DNA of 63,475 bases, counting the filler. It is 6 parts of 6 records of this genome, joined end to end, with 100 filler letters (N's around TTAATTAATTAA, not from the genome) between each part and the next. Parts side by side here need not be neighbours in the genome. Positions count along the whole stretch, not along the records: positions 39,675 to 44,855 come from SRR22947725_1728; positions 44,956 to 54,987 come from SRR22947725_1731; 4 more parts are not named here. One strand, 5' to 3'. A program made the translations under genes and the position numbers. Positions 42,203 through 52,755 of the stretch are shown here, piece after piece. The notes under the pieces are model-generated. The model was not told the DNA's origin. It made no database searches and saw only the letters and a list, made by a program, of their open reading frames with translations. The stretch's first letter is position 1. Each line of letters opens with the position of its first letter.

Positions 42203-42838
42203 TTAAGGGTTCCACTGCAAAAAGTTTTTAATTATCTGTAAGCCTACTGACTGGCTTTTTTCTGGATGGAATTGAGTTCCTATTATATTTTCATGGGCGA
42301 CAGCAGCAGTTATTTTGCCGCCATAATCTACATTTGCTAATAAATTATTATTATTTTCAACCTCAAAATGATATGAATGAACAAAGTATACATGATCATT
42401 TTCATTTATATTATTAAATACTGGGTGGCTATTTAAGATATTTAAATTGTTCCAGCCCATGTGAGGTATTTTTAAATTTTTGTCATTAGGTTCCATTATT
42501 TTAACGTCACCTTTTATCCAATTAAAACCTTCATGATATCCATGTTCGTGTCCACAAGTAGCCATCATCTGCATGCCTACACAGATGCCCATAAATGGTT
42601 TGCCTGTTTTTACGTGAGCTTCTATTGCTTCGTATAAGCCCATAATTGAACTTAACTCGTGTTTGCAATCAGCAAATGCTCCTACGCCTGGTAAAACAAC
42701 CCTATCAGCATTAACGACATCCTCAGGCTTGTTGGAAACTTTTACTTTTCCCAAATTAAGTTCTTCAGACATAAGCTGGAAACTTTTCTCGGCTGATCTT
42801 AAGTTTCCAGAATTATAATCAATTATAACTGTTGTCAT
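42203..42838 (-). CDS. hisH: Imidazole glycerol phosphate synthase glutaminase subunit
   Basis: [29 protein letters not shown]. Confidence 0.97.
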   Translation of the reverse strand: MTTVIIDYNSGNLRSAEKSFQLMSEELNLGKVKVSNKPEDVVNADRVVLPGVGAFADCKHELSSIMGLYEAIEAHVKTGKPFMGICVGMQMMATCGHEHGYHEGFNWIKGDVKIMEPNDKNLKIPHMGWNNLNILNSHPVFNNINENDHVYFVHSYHFEVENNNNLLANVDYGGKITAAVAHENIIGTQFHPEKSQSVGLQIIKNFLQWNP

Positions 42839-43431
42839 TCAGAAAGTGTGCCCTTTGTCGAAGGTATCTCGGTTGCTTTTCTTGGATCTGTTTCAACCGC
42901 AGTTCTTAATGCTTGCGCAACTGATTTAAATATTGCTTCAACAATATGGTGGCTATTAAAGCCATCAAGTGAATTAATATTAAGTGTTAACCCAGCCTGC
43001 GTTGAAAATGCAGTAAAAAATTCTCTAACAAGTTCTGTATCAAAAGTTCCTATTTTAGAATTTGGAATTTCAACATTCCAAACCAAAAAAGGCCGCCCAG
43101 ACATATCTAAAGCGCATCTAACTAATGCATCATCCATTGCTAACAAGCTTGATCCATAACGGTTAATGCCACGTTTTTCACCAGATGCTTTACTAAGTGC
43201 TTTACCTAAAGCAATTCCTACATCTTCAACTGTGTGGTGGTCATCAATGTGCAAATCACCATTTGCATGTACTTTAATATCAATCAAAGAATGACGTGAT
43301 AATTGGTCTAGCATATGGTCAAAAAAACCAATGCCAGTTTTGTTATCATATTGGCCTGTTCCATCAAGGTTGATTTCAACCAAAATCTTTGTTTCAGCCG
43401 TATTGCGGCTAATATTTGCTGTACGCATCAC
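42835..43431 (-). CDS. hisB: Imidazoleglycerol-phosphate dehydratase
   Basis: [30 protein letters not shown]. Confidence 0.97.
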   Translation of the reverse strand: MMRTANISRNTAETKILVEINLDGTGQYDNKTGIGFFDHMLDQLSRHSLIDIKVHANGDLHIDDHHTVEDVGIALGKALSKASGEKRGINRYGSSLLAMDDALVRCALDMSGRPFLVWNVEIPNSKIGTFDTELVREFFTAFSTQAGLTLNINSLDGFNSHHIVEAIFKSVAQALRTAVETDPRKATEIPSTKGTLSE

Positions 43432-43526
43432 ACTTTTCCTCTTGTGTTGATATATTGCTTATATAAGGGGTTTTCGATTGAGAAAACCCTTGAATTTAAT
43501 AAGAGTCAAATTGTGTGATATTTAAA

Positions 43527-44774
43527 CTAATCGAACCTGTCAGATGAATATGGTGTCATGTTAACATTACTTTGCCTTTCAAAAATAATATCGCGTACCA
43601 TTTTTCCAATTTTTGGGCCCATAGTTAGACCTAAATGTTGTCCTCCAAATGCAAATATAACAGATGTATTTTTACTACTTCTTCCAATAACAGGAAGACT
43701 ATCTGGCAATGTGGGTCTAGTACCTTGCCAAATTGTTTCAGTTTCATATTCAAGCTTTGGATAAAGCCTAAATAAAAATTTGCGCAAATTCTTTATTGCT
43801 TTTGGGTTTGGTGGCATTTCAAGTGGTGCAAACTCTGATTGTCCAGCGCAGCGTAAAAAACCGTCCATTGGAGTTAGTCCAAATTTTTTATCGGTAATTA
43901 AGTAAGTATTTGGTGGCATGTGAGAAGTATTTTTTAGAGATAAGTGATAGCCTCTTTCAGCTTGAAGTGGAATATTATGGCCTAATTGTGATGCTAAATT
44001 CTTTGACCATGCACCAGTTGCTAGAACAATATTTTCTGCCTTAAGTATAATGCCACCCTTTAATTCAACATTATTTCCATTAATTTTTGAAACCTCTCCA
44101 ATTAAAATTTTCCCACCATTTTCTTGAAAATGTTTAGCTAAACTTGAGACATATGCTGCAGGATTAGTTATCCAACCGTGATTTTTATAGGCTAAGCCAA
44201 ATTGATAAAGTTTAGATATATGAGGGTCTCGGTCTAATAATTTATCGCGTGTTAATTCTTCCCAAGTAATACCCAAATTTCTTCTTGTTTGATTTGCAAA
44301 TTTATCAGAACTAAATTGCTTTCGGTTTCTAAAAAGTAAAGTCATATCACCTTTTTCAATAAATCGAGCTGCGCCTGTATTTTTTGATAATTGAATATGA
44401 TTTTCAACAGTATCATAAATTAATTCGTTCAAAGCTAATATTATTGGCAGTGCTTTAGGCCTTGTTCCATTCATTATGAACTGAAGAGCCCAAGGAGAAA
44501 ATTTAGCTAAGTATGACCACTTTAAGTAAACAGGGCTATTTGGAGATAACAAAATTTGAGGTATCATTTTTAACATTGATGGGTTTGCTATTGGCATAAT
44601 ACCTTCACGAGCCAATATGCCAGCATTACCAAAAGATGTTTGCGTTGGATCTCCTGCTTTAACACGATCAATTAATGTTACATTGGCACCTGATCTTCTA
44701 AGCTCCTCTGCGCAACTCACACCTGTAATACCTGAGCCAATAACTATAACTGATTGTTTCATATTCTTTATCAT
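43527..44774 (-). CDS. FAD-dependent D-amino acid dehydrogenase (DadA/DAO family)
   Basis: GSGITG, TSFGNAG, ATGAWS, ERGYH, RPTLPDSLPVIG, GGQHLGLT. Confidence 0.9.
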   Translation of the reverse strand: MIKNMKQSVIVIGSGITGVSCAEELRRSGANVTLIDRVKAGDPTQTSFGNAGILAREGIMPIANPSMLKMIPQILLSPNSPVYLKWSYLAKFSPWALQFIMNGTRPKALPIILALNELIYDTVENHIQLSKNTGAARFIEKGDMTLLFRNRKQFSSDKFANQTRRNLGITWEELTRDKLLDRDPHISKLYQFGLAYKNHGWITNPAAYVSSLAKHFQENGGKILIGEVSKINGNNVELKGGIILKAENIVLATGAWSKNLASQLGHNIPLQAERGYHLSLKNTSHMPPNTYLITDKKFGLTPMDGFLRCAGQSEFAPLEMPPNPKAIKNLRKFLFRLYPKLEYETETIWQGTRPTLPDSLPVIGRSSKNTSVIFAFGGQHLGLTMGPKIGKMVRDIIFERQSNVNMTPYSSDRFD

Positions 44775-44855
44775 TAGTATAAAACCTACTTAGCAAATCA
44801 TTATTAACTCACAAGTTTGATGTTCTTTACATTAATAAATTAATAATAATATTGT

Positions 44856-44955
44856 NNNNNNNNNNNNNNNNNNNNNNNNNNNNNNNNNNNNNNNNNNNNT
44901 TAATTAATTAANNNNNNNNNNNNNNNNNNNNNNNNNNNNNNNNNNNNNNNNNNNN
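44856..44955. other. Artificial contig spacer
   Basis: N-run/ttaattaattaa/N-run. Confidence 0.99.
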
Positions 44956-45001
44956 GGTTTTCTAACTTCTAGCTTATTCATTTTAATGCATCCAATTTGT
45001 G

Positions 45002-45029
45002 TGATAAGGCCCAATAGTGGGCCTTATCA
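45002..45029. terminator. Stem-loop downstream of dctP (terminator or mRNA-stabilising hairpin)
   Basis: tgataaggccc-aatagt-gggccttatca perfect 11-bp stem. Confidence 0.6.
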
Positions 45030-45063
45030 AGTAAGCCTTCATTAGATTGAAGATGCCGCCATA

Positions 45064-46077
45064 TTATTCAGCTGCCATTTGCTCTTTAATAAATGCGTGA
45101 GCTGCAGTTGCATCAACACCTTTTGCACTCACTTCTGCAATGACTTTTGTAATTAAAGGGCCAGTCATTGCTTGCCATTTAGTTGCATCCGCAGCGGAAG
45201 CTTCGGTCAAGTTATTGTCCGAATTTTCATTTAGCGCTGCCATACCCGCTGTGTCGATCTTATCCCAAGCTTTACCGGCTGCGCGCGACAAGTTTTCTCC
45301 AAACACTTTGCTCAGAGCCATGCGGTCCACATCAGACAAATTGTCGAAGGTATCTTGGTTCATAATAACAGCGAAAGATCCACGATAAAAACCACCAGGT
45401 ACTTGGTATGTATTCTTGGCTACTTCAAATAGTTTAAAGCTTTTTTTCGCCTCCATGGGCATCATAACTCCGTCAGCTGAGTTTGAAGCTAATGTTTCAT
45501 AAACTTTTGGAGCAGGAACCCGGATACCTGTTGCGCCCAGTGCTGCACCAACATCGCCGGATACCCCTCCCCCGAGCCGCAGTTTCATGCCAGCTATGTC
45601 TTCCAAAGAAGATATTTGCGCATTGGAATGTAAAGCCCCTGGGCCATGGGTCATCATCGCCAATACTTTGACGCCCTTATGTTCGCCTAACCCAGCAAAG
45701 AATTTATCGTAGGCGCGCCAACTTGCAACTGAAGCTGCTTCTGCATTGCCTTGGTAACCTGGCAGTTCGATCATTTTTGTTGATACAAAACGGCCTGGAG
45801 AGTAACCGTGGAAAATCCATGTAATATCTGCTGCACCATCAAGAATTAGATCAAATTGTGCGGGTGGAGAACCCAGCCCATACTTAATTTCGGCACTCAC
45901 GCGGCCATTTGTTGCATCCTCCATTGCCTTGGTCAGTTCTGGAAACATTATCGCATTCATGCCATGGGTGGGTGGTGCCCAAGATGAAATTGTGAGGGTG
46001 GTGTCGGCGGCATACGCGGCAATAGATGCTACAGAAAATGCGGCGGCGGCAATGCCCGTTTTAATTAAATGGCTCAT
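45064..46077 (-). CDS. TRAP transporter substrate-binding protein (DctP family)
   Basis: Signal peptide; SSWAPPTH, DGAADI, PGRF, GMKLR, YETL..ADG. Confidence 0.92.
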   Translation of the reverse strand: MSHLIKTGIAAAAFSVASIAAYAADTTLTISSWAPPTHGMNAIMFPELTKAMEDATNGRVSAEIKYGLGSPPAQFDLILDGAADITWIFHGYSPGRFVSTKMIELPGYQGNAEAASVASWRAYDKFFAGLGEHKGVKVLAMMTHGPGALHSNAQISSLEDIAGMKLRLGGGVSGDVGAALGATGIRVPAPKVYETLASNSADGVMMPMEAKKSFKLFEVAKNTYQVPGGFYRGSFAVIMNQDTFDNLSDVDRMALSKVFGENLSRAAGKAWDKIDTAGMAALNENSDNNLTEASAADATKWQAMTGPLITKVIAEVSAKGVDATAAHAFIKEQMAAE

Positions 46078-46214
46078 TGTGTATCTTCTCCCTTTTGTTT
46101 GAGGTTTGTGTAAAAAGTTTAGCTATTTGCTTTGACCACGGAATTGCCATTTGTGAAATTGACCACCTGGCGGACAAATGACAGCATTATGATTGGTTAT
46201 TTTGCAATCTCTCT

Positions 46215-46982
46215 TCAAAGTATTCCAACAGAAATTTCAATAGCAGTTTGTTGCAATTCAGCTGCATACCTTTCGATGGCTCGCTCCATTTCCATTGCTT
46301 TAGTAACCCAGATAATTGACAGGCAACCGATAGCACGTTCATCAGAAATAATTGGTACTGAAAGGCTAGAAGTTTTAGGCCTAAACGTTTGCGGCCCACG
46401 AGTAGCAAATCCTTGTTTTAAATAAATATTAAGATTATTTTCGAGCCACTCCTCCTGTAAAAATGGCAAATCTTCCACAACATTTTCTGCTCGGAGCAAA
46501 TCAATTATTATTTCACGCTCCCGTCCCGCACAGACTGACAGATACGCTCGTCCAGATGAAGAGCGTAGCATAGGTAAGGAATAGCCAATCATGCCTGGGT
46601 CAACCGATAGTGGACTACGGCTATGAGTGGATTCTTGAATTATCATATGCGCGTCTGCATAAGTGGAAAGATCAACTGGCCATGCGTGCGCATCAGTAAA
46701 TTTAACCAAACTTGGGGCGGCTACTTGGCAAAGCTGCGAACGTGTCGATGAGCTGTCCCCTAAGGTGGCCGCCAGCGGCGATAAACGCACACGAGAGTCG
46801 CTTCCAGAATAAAGAACATAACCGTCTTCTTCCAGTGTATTGAGTAGGCGATAAACTGTCGTGCGAGGCAACCCTAATTCAAGGGCTATCTCACCGACGC
46901 GGGCTGCGCCCACTCTGTTTAATAACCGCATAATATTTAGCCCACGTGAAAGTGCCCGCACGTTATCAGGACCTGACGACAT
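46215..46982 (-). CDS. IclR-family transcriptional regulator (MhpR-like)
   Basis: VRALSRGL, LPRTTVYRLLNTL HTH; SSSGRAYLS effector domain. Confidence 0.9.
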   Translation of the reverse strand: MSSGPDNVRALSRGLNIMRLLNRVGAARVGEIALELGLPRTTVYRLLNTLEEDGYVLYSGSDSRVRLSPLAATLGDSSSTRSQLCQVAAPSLVKFTDAHAWPVDLSTYADAHMIIQESTHSRSPLSVDPGMIGYSLPMLRSSSGRAYLSVCAGREREIIIDLLRAENVVEDLPFLQEEWLENNLNIYLKQGFATRGPQTFRPKTSSLSVPIISDERAIGCLSIIWVTKAMEMERAIERYAAELQQTAIEISVGIL

Positions 46983-47032
46983 TTAACCTGCCCAATCTCA
47001 GGCAAACGAGATGTTCGCCTAGGCTTTTAGTT

Positions 47033-48013
47033 TCATCCCGCAACTATGGTTTGGTCAATAGCACCAAAAATACTTTTTCCTTCACTGTTGAGCATTTCAA
47101 ATCTAATGGTGTCCCCTGGATTCATGAATCGAGTGGTAGCCTTGCCATTCTGTATGGTCTCAATCATACGCTTTTCCGCCAAGCAGTTGGAACCCACTTC
47201 TTCGTTATTTTCATTACTAACCGTCCCCGAACCAATTATGGTACCGGCTGCCAGATTTCTGGTACGGGCTGCATGTGCTATTAAATCTGTGAACTCAAAG
47301 CTAAGGTCTTTGCCGGCATCTACTATCCCGAACTGATTGCCATTATAAGTCGTTATTAATGGTAAGTTAATGCGGCCGCCGGTCCATGCTGCACCCAGCT
47401 CGTCGGGTGTAACGCAAACGGGTGAAAAGGCGCTGGCAGGTTTTGATTGAAAAAAGCCAAAACCTTTTACTAATTCTGGGCGCATAATATTGCGCAGGCT
47501 GATATCATTACATAACATGATCAGCTTTATATGCGACTTGGCTTGCTCGGGAGAGCAACCCATGGGTACATCATCTGTAATAACGGCTATTTCACCCTCA
47601 AAATCTAGGCCCCAGTCTTTCTCAACACACGGTATGGGATCAACTGGACCAAGAAACCCGTCGCTGCCTCCTTGATAAAGCATTGGGTCTGTCTCAGAGT
47701 TTTCAGGCATCTCAGCACCGCGGGCTTTGCGTACCAGCCGCATGTGGCTTAAATAAGCACTGCCGTCAGCCCATTGAAATGCGCGTGGTAAGGGAGAAGC
47801 CAAAGCTCTGGGGTCATATGGGATAGTTTCGACCTCAAAAGCCTCCATTTTATCATTAAGAGCCCGCAGCAAAGGCTCAGTGACCCTCCAGTCTTCGATA
47901 GCATCACGAACGCTTTTAACAACAGATGTTGCTAGAACCATGCGTGACAAATCTCGGGATACTACAACTGGCGTGCCATCACGGCCACCAATCTTCAAGG
48001 ACGCAAGCTTCAT
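47033..48013 (-). CDS. Fumarylacetoacetate hydrolase family protein
   Basis: MKLASLK..GRDG, PLPRAFQWADGSAY, DFEGE, NDISLR, IIGSGTVSN. Confidence 0.93.
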   Translation of the reverse strand: MKLASLKIGGRDGTPVVVSRDLSRMVLATSVVKSVRDAIEDWRVTEPLLRALNDKMEAFEVETIPYDPRALASPLPRAFQWADGSAYLSHMRLVRKARGAEMPENSETDPMLYQGGSDGFLGPVDPIPCVEKDWGLDFEGEIAVITDDVPMGCSPEQAKSHIKLIMLCNDISLRNIMRPELVKGFGFFQSKPASAFSPVCVTPDELGAAWTGGRINLPLITTYNGNQFGIVDAGKDLSFEFTDLIAHAARTRNLAAGTIIGSGTVSNENNEEVGSNCLAEKRMIETIQNGKATTRFMNPGDTIRFEMLNSEGKSIFGAIDQTIVAG

Positions 48014-48039
48014 AGTAAGGGTTCTCTTTCTTTTGTTAA

Positions 48040-49527
48040 CTAGATTGGTGAAGGTAGGCCATTGACCGCCATATCTACAATATCATTTTCAGAAATAGCG
48101 CTCCCCGCAATATATCTGTCAGGGCGTACTAATATTGCGTTTGTATTGAAACTATCCAAGGCTATGGCTAAATCGGGGTGCTCTTCAGCATCTAAAACGG
48201 GGACTGCCGGAGAAATCTCCTTATCCAGTGGATGGCGCAGAATTAAAACAGGACAGTAACCAACTTTATCATCCAACCGCCGCCCGTCCCGAAGTATTGG
48301 TTGGCCAAACAAGTGACCGCAGTGTGATCTATTGCCGCCAATCAATTTACCAAGGTCACTAACACCAAGTGGTGGCGTAATTGATGAAATACGTGCAGTG
48401 CCATCTGCGTTGTTTTCGGACTGCGCTAGAGCAGTCCGACTATCAATTGTGTTAATCAGACCACCAAGCCGTATCGCCATTTCGATAAATGTGCGCACAT
48501 GGGGGGAGCGTTCCTGCTGATAGCTATCTAAAACATCCTCATTTGCTGCCCCCTTAATACAGAGCGCCAGCTTCCACGCTAGGTTAGCAGCATCACGGAT
48601 ACCTGCACACATACCTTGCCCCATAAACGGAGGGGTCAGGTGGGCCGCATCACCCGCTATTAGTAAGCGATCCTTACGCCAATTATTTGCAACGACAGAT
48701 TGGAAGGTATACACAGCGGTCCGTTCCAATTCAGCGTCCTCGGCATTAATCCAAGGCGCAAGGAACTTCCAAATTGTGTTACTGCGGGTAACCTCCTCAT
48801 GAGTTTCTCCCTCTAGCAAAGTGATTTCCCACCTCCGCCGTTTGGCTGGGTTGCGACAGTAAGTCATTGGACGTACAGGATCACAGAATTGAATAGAATA
48901 ATCGCCTAAATCAGGTCGCTCCCTTTTTAATAGCAAGTCCACAACAAGCCACCGCTCATTAAACCCCAAATCATCCACATCAGATCCAATAGAGCTTCTT
49001 ACTAAAGAGTTAGCACCATCACATCCCACTAAATATTTAGCACTCAGTGAATGCTCATGCCCATCGCTGATATTGCGGCAAATGAATTTTACATTTTTAG
49101 TATACTGCTCAATGTTTACAACTTCGGTCCCGTTCAGAACTACTGCATTAGGGTAACCAGAAAGCTTAGCGCGCAATAGTTGTTCCAAATCTGGCTGGTG
49201 TAAGCGGTAACTGGCGTGCCATCCTTGAAGGCCTATTTCTTGTGGACGTGGCCACTCTAAGATCACAGATTTTTTTTGATCTACGAAACGCATACCTGGA
49301 TTTATCCGGACCTTTTTACTAAGTGGATTCGCGACACCAACCGTTTGAAAAATTCGCATAGTTTCATCATCAAAATGTACCGCCCGTGGCAAGTGATACA
49401 TCACTTCATTCCGCTCAATGACAACTACACTTAGGTTACACTGTGCAAGCAAATTTGCTAGAGTTGCACCAGTCGGCCCATAACCAACAATGGCGACATC
49501 AAAAAGCTGAGTAATGGCCTCATTCAT
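48040..49527 (-). CDS. FAD-dependent aromatic hydroxylase, MhpA-like
   Basis: GYGPTG, PRAVHFDDE, HQPDLE, GCDGANS, AGDAAH.TPPFMGQGM, LVRPDRY. Confidence 0.9.
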   Translation of the reverse strand: MNEAITQLFDVAIVGYGPTGATLANLLAQCNLSVVVIERNEVMYHLPRAVHFDDETMRIFQTVGVANPLSKKVRINPGMRFVDQKKSVILEWPRPQEIGLQGWHASYRLHQPDLEQLLRAKLSGYPNAVVLNGTEVVNIEQYTKNVKFICRNISDGHEHSLSAKYLVGCDGANSLVRSSIGSDVDDLGFNERWLVVDLLLKRERPDLGDYSIQFCDPVRPMTYCRNPAKRRRWEITLLEGETHEEVTRSNTIWKFLAPWINAEDAELERTAVYTFQSVVANNWRKDRLLIAGDAAHLTPPFMGQGMCAGIRDAANLAWKLALCIKGAANEDVLDSYQQERSPHVRTFIEMAIRLGGLINTIDSRTALAQSENNADGTARISSITPPLGVSDLGKLIGGNRSHCGHLFGQPILRDGRRLDDKVGYCPVLILRHPLDKEISPAVPVLDAEEHPDLAIALDSFNTNAILVRPDRYIAGSAISENDIVDMAVNGLPSPI

Positions 49528-50498
49528 CTCTCACGTCCACGTAGTTCATAAAGCCACGGGCAATCCACCATTGGTGGCGCACGCAATCCACCCGCAGCAG
49601 CCTTCAATCGCATATCAACAAAAGCCCTTCGCTCGTCTTCTGGCAAATAAAGTCTATCATGACCCCAGAAACTAGGGCCCACTGTGGTTTCATGAGGCTC
49701 CCAAGTCACAGGATCTATCAACCTTCCGCCCCAACCGCTTTCAACAAAAAAACCTGACGGCGTATTGGCGTAAAAACTAGTTATATGGTCATTTGTATGA
49801 CGACCCAGCGTGTAAGCGATGCCATCTTTTTGTTGACTTGCCAGGTCATAACCTTGCCCCATATCATCGAGGTTTTCATACTCCACCATGAAGTGGTGAA
49901 ACCCGGAATTACCTGAGCCAACTATAGCAAAACTGTGATGCCGACCATTGACGTGAAAAAAGTAAAGAGGTATCGGATCAAGTCCATAATCACTGACGGC
50001 AAAACCTAATATATCGCAATAGAACGGCAAAAGAGCTGTTGCGTCTGGAACATGTAAAACTGCGTGCCCCATCCCTAATGGGCCTGTTTTGAAACCGTCA
50101 ATTGGACGTCCAGGAATGAAAGGTTCCTCTGCTTTTTGAGGGTTCCAAACTAGTTCAATTCGATTTCCGGCAGGATCACTGCACACAATTAAGTCTTCTA
50201 CAAAGCGACGGTCAGCTAGCTCACTCCCCCCCTCTGTTACTTTATGTCCGGCATCATCTAATTTGGCAGCAAAATATTGGAGGTCAGATTTTTTTGATAC
50301 TTCCCATCCGATAAAAGCCAACGTTTCACCAGGCTCATCCGATACAACCAAACGTTGTACTACATCATCCATGCGAAAAGAAAGCTGGCGTCCACCATGG
50401 TCAGCAAGATGCATGGCAAGAACCTTACCAGCAAAATATTTCCAATCATCCACTTTGTTAGACCTAACTCCAAGATAGCCCAAAGATTTAATCGGCAT
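49524..50498 (-). CDS. Type I extradiol ring-cleavage dioxygenase (BphC/HsaC-like, VOC fold)
   Basis: LGYLG, FRMD, GMGHAVL, RHHSFA, HHFMVE, LGRHTND..SFY..TPSGF.VESGWG. Confidence 0.92.
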   Translation of the reverse strand: MPIKSLGYLGVRSNKVDDWKYFAGKVLAMHLADHGGRQLSFRMDDVVQRLVVSDEPGETLAFIGWEVSKKSDLQYFAAKLDDAGHKVTEGGSELADRRFVEDLIVCSDPAGNRIELVWNPQKAEEPFIPGRPIDGFKTGPLGMGHAVLHVPDATALLPFYCDILGFAVSDYGLDPIPLYFFHVNGRHHSFAIVGSGNSGFHHFMVEYENLDDMGQGYDLASQQKDGIAYTLGRHTNDHITSFYANTPSGFFVESGWGGRLIDPVTWEPHETTVGPSFWGHDRLYLPEDERRAFVDMRLKAAAGGLRAPPMVDCPWLYELRGRER

Positions 50499-50643
50499 TT
50501 TTGTTACCTTCCCTGATCTCGGCTTAAATTACGCAGCAAAGAATATTCTTAGAACCGGTTCTCCACTTAACGTCCATCAGGCGGACAACTCTCGCTTTTT
50601 GTGGGCAACTCCAATCGTAAAGCCTCCCCTCCATGACATCGTT

Positions 50644-51996
50644 TCATTTGCGCCCTGGCGTCCCATCAAAGTGTTTTTTGAGGGTGCTCCAACAGTCTGC
50701 ATAGTTTTCTTGCAGCGGGGCCTCGGTGGCTGCAAAGGTTGTCAGATGCTGCGGAAAGCGCGTTTCAAACATAAAGGACATCGTGTTCTTCAGCTTCTCG
50801 GCTTTGAGATCGCTATTGGATGCGCCTTCGAACGCATCCCGATCCGGCCCATGCGGCAGCATCATATTATGCAGGCTTATTCCGCCGGGCACAAAACCCT
50901 CTGGCTTGGCATCATAAACGCCGTAAATGTTGCCCATAAGCTCCGACATGATGTTCTTGTGATACCATGGCGGGCGGAAGGTATCTTCAGCAACCATCCA
51001 ACGCTCCCGAAACAGAACAAAATCGATATTGGCAGTTCCTGGACTGCCAGATGGTGCGGTGAGCACGGTGAAAATTGAGGGGTCTGGGTGGTCAAATAAC
51101 ACTGCTCCCACGGGGCAATAGTTGCGCAAATCATATTTGTAAGGGGCGTAGTTGCCGTGCCATGCCACCACATCCAATGGGCTTTGGGAAATCTCGGTCA
51201 CATAAAATTGCCCGCACCATTTGATCGTAACGGTGGAAGGGACCTCGTGATCTTCAAACGCAGCTATTGGCGCTTTGAAATCCCGTGGATTTGCAAGGCA
51301 ATTCGCCCCAATAGGGCCGCGTGCAGGCAGCTCGAATTTCTCACCATAGTTTTCGCACACAAAACCCCGCGCTGGCCCGTCCATTAATTCAACGCGGTAA
51401 AGCAGGCCCCTCGGTATGATGGCAATTTCCTTGGGTTCTAGATCAATAATCCCAAGTTCCGTATGGAACCGTATCCGACCTTGCTGGGGGACCACCAACA
51501 GTTCGCTGTCGGCAGAATAAAAATAATCGTCTACCATGCTTTCTGTTACAAGATAGACATGTGTTGCCATGCCTATTTGGGTATTTACGTCACCGGCCGT
51601 TGTCATCGTGCGCATGCCGGTCACCCAGGTCAGAGGCGGGTCTGACACCGCGATCGGGCCCCAGCGATATTGACCCAAACTGATTACATCGTGATTGATG
51701 CAGGGCGCAGTTTTCCAATAGGGCATTTCGACCTTTGTATATCGGGTCGAGTGTTTAACTGATGGGCGAATGCGGTAACACCATGTGCGTTCGGGTGGAT
51801 GTTTCGTAAATGCGGTCCCGGACAACTGTTCTGCATAGAGGCCATAATCACATTTTTGCGGGCTGTTGCGACCTTGAGGCAAAGCCCCTTCCAGGGCCTC
51901 CGTCTCATGAGCGTTCCCAAAACCAGACATGTAGCCAGGGGAAATGCTATTGGATTTGGCTTGTTGCAGGATTTTGTGGCGGTCATAGGTCGTCAT
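50644..51996 (-). CDS. hmgA: Homogentisate 1,2-dioxygenase
   Basis: [55 protein letters not shown]. Confidence 0.97.
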   Translation of the reverse strand: MTTYDRHKILQQAKSNSISPGYMSGFGNAHETEALEGALPQGRNSPQKCDYGLYAEQLSGTAFTKHPPERTWCYRIRPSVKHSTRYTKVEMPYWKTAPCINHDVISLGQYRWGPIAVSDPPLTWVTGMRTMTTAGDVNTQIGMATHVYLVTESMVDDYFYSADSELLVVPQQGRIRFHTELGIIDLEPKEIAIIPRGLLYRVELMDGPARGFVCENYGEKFELPARGPIGANCLANPRDFKAPIAAFEDHEVPSTVTIKWCGQFYVTEISQSPLDVVAWHGNYAPYKYDLRNYCPVGAVLFDHPDPSIFTVLTAPSGSPGTANIDFVLFRERWMVAEDTFRPPWYHKNIMSELMGNIYGVYDAKPEGFVPGGISLHNMMLPHGPDRDAFEGASNSDLKAEKLKNTMSFMFETRFPQHLTTFAATEAPLQENYADCWSTLKKHFDGTPGRK

Positions 51997-52083
51997 AACG
52001 GATCTCCAAAGCCAGTAGAGGGCCTACATGCATAAAATCAAATCATCCAGTTTTTACAAGACGGATGCTAAGAAAACCGGATC

Positions 52084-52746
52084 TCACTCGATATATTTAA
52101 TTACAAATGCACCGGTGGTTTTGTAATGTTCACATAAGAGCTGATTGGCCTTATTAAAATCGCCTTCAATGACAGCATCTACAATACATTGATGTTCATC
52201 CCTCACCATTCTGGCTTCATACGCGAACGCACGGGACGCAATATACCTATAGCGAATGTTCAAATCATACAGTTGGCTACAAAATCCGAGCAAAACAGGA
52301 GAATTACAGTTGCCAATAAGCTTGAGATGAAACGCTTTGTGCAGGATTTCAAAATTCTTTTTTGGATCAACCTCTGCTCGGATCATGCGGTGATGCGACA
52401 ACACAACCTCTTCGATCCACGCGTCGGAAGTGTTCTCGATACTTTGACGCAGTGCGATGCTCTCGAGTTGACAACGTAATTCTAATATTTCTTGGAAATT
52501 CTCGATACTTGTCTCGGCGGCTCTAAATCCCCGTTGATCTTGACGCACAACCAATTGGTCTGAAGTCAGGAGGCTGAGCGCCTCACGAATAGGCGCCGCC
52601 CCCATGCCCAGGATTTTCCTAAGGTTGTCAATTTTGAGCTTTTCGCCAGGGGCCAGCTCACCGGTCAGAATAAGATCTCGCAGCGTCGAATAGGCGCCCT
52701 TTGTTGCGGAACTTTCCATTGCGGAAGAGGTTGAACCAATACTCAT
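52084..52746 (-). CDS. GntR/FCD-family transcriptional regulator
   Basis: ILTGELAPGEKL, PIREALSLL, QRGFR; FCD His residues (HKAFH, EH, EHY). Confidence 0.92.
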   Translation of the reverse strand: MSIGSTSSAMESSATKGAYSTLRDLILTGELAPGEKLKIDNLRKILGMGAAPIREALSLLTSDQLVVRQDQRGFRAAETSIENFQEILELRCQLESIALRQSIENTSDAWIEEVVLSHHRMIRAEVDPKKNFEILHKAFHLKLIGNCNSPVLLGFCSQLYDLNIRYRYIASRAFAYEARMVRDEHQCIVDAVIEGDFNKANQLLCEHYKTTGAFVIKYIE

Positions 52747-52755
52747 TCTGTTTCC

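Noticed and set aside
40245-43431. hisBHAFE lacking hisG/D/C
   Set aside because: Split his operons are normal in Alphaproteobacteria.
43468-43489. gggttttc/gaaaaccc hairpin upstream of hisB as a His attenuator
   Set aside because: No His-rich leader peptide visible; more likely a simple terminator of the upstream gene.
50599-51078. 159-aa plus-strand ORF
   Set aside because: Lies antisense to the highly conserved hmgA; no recognisable motifs.
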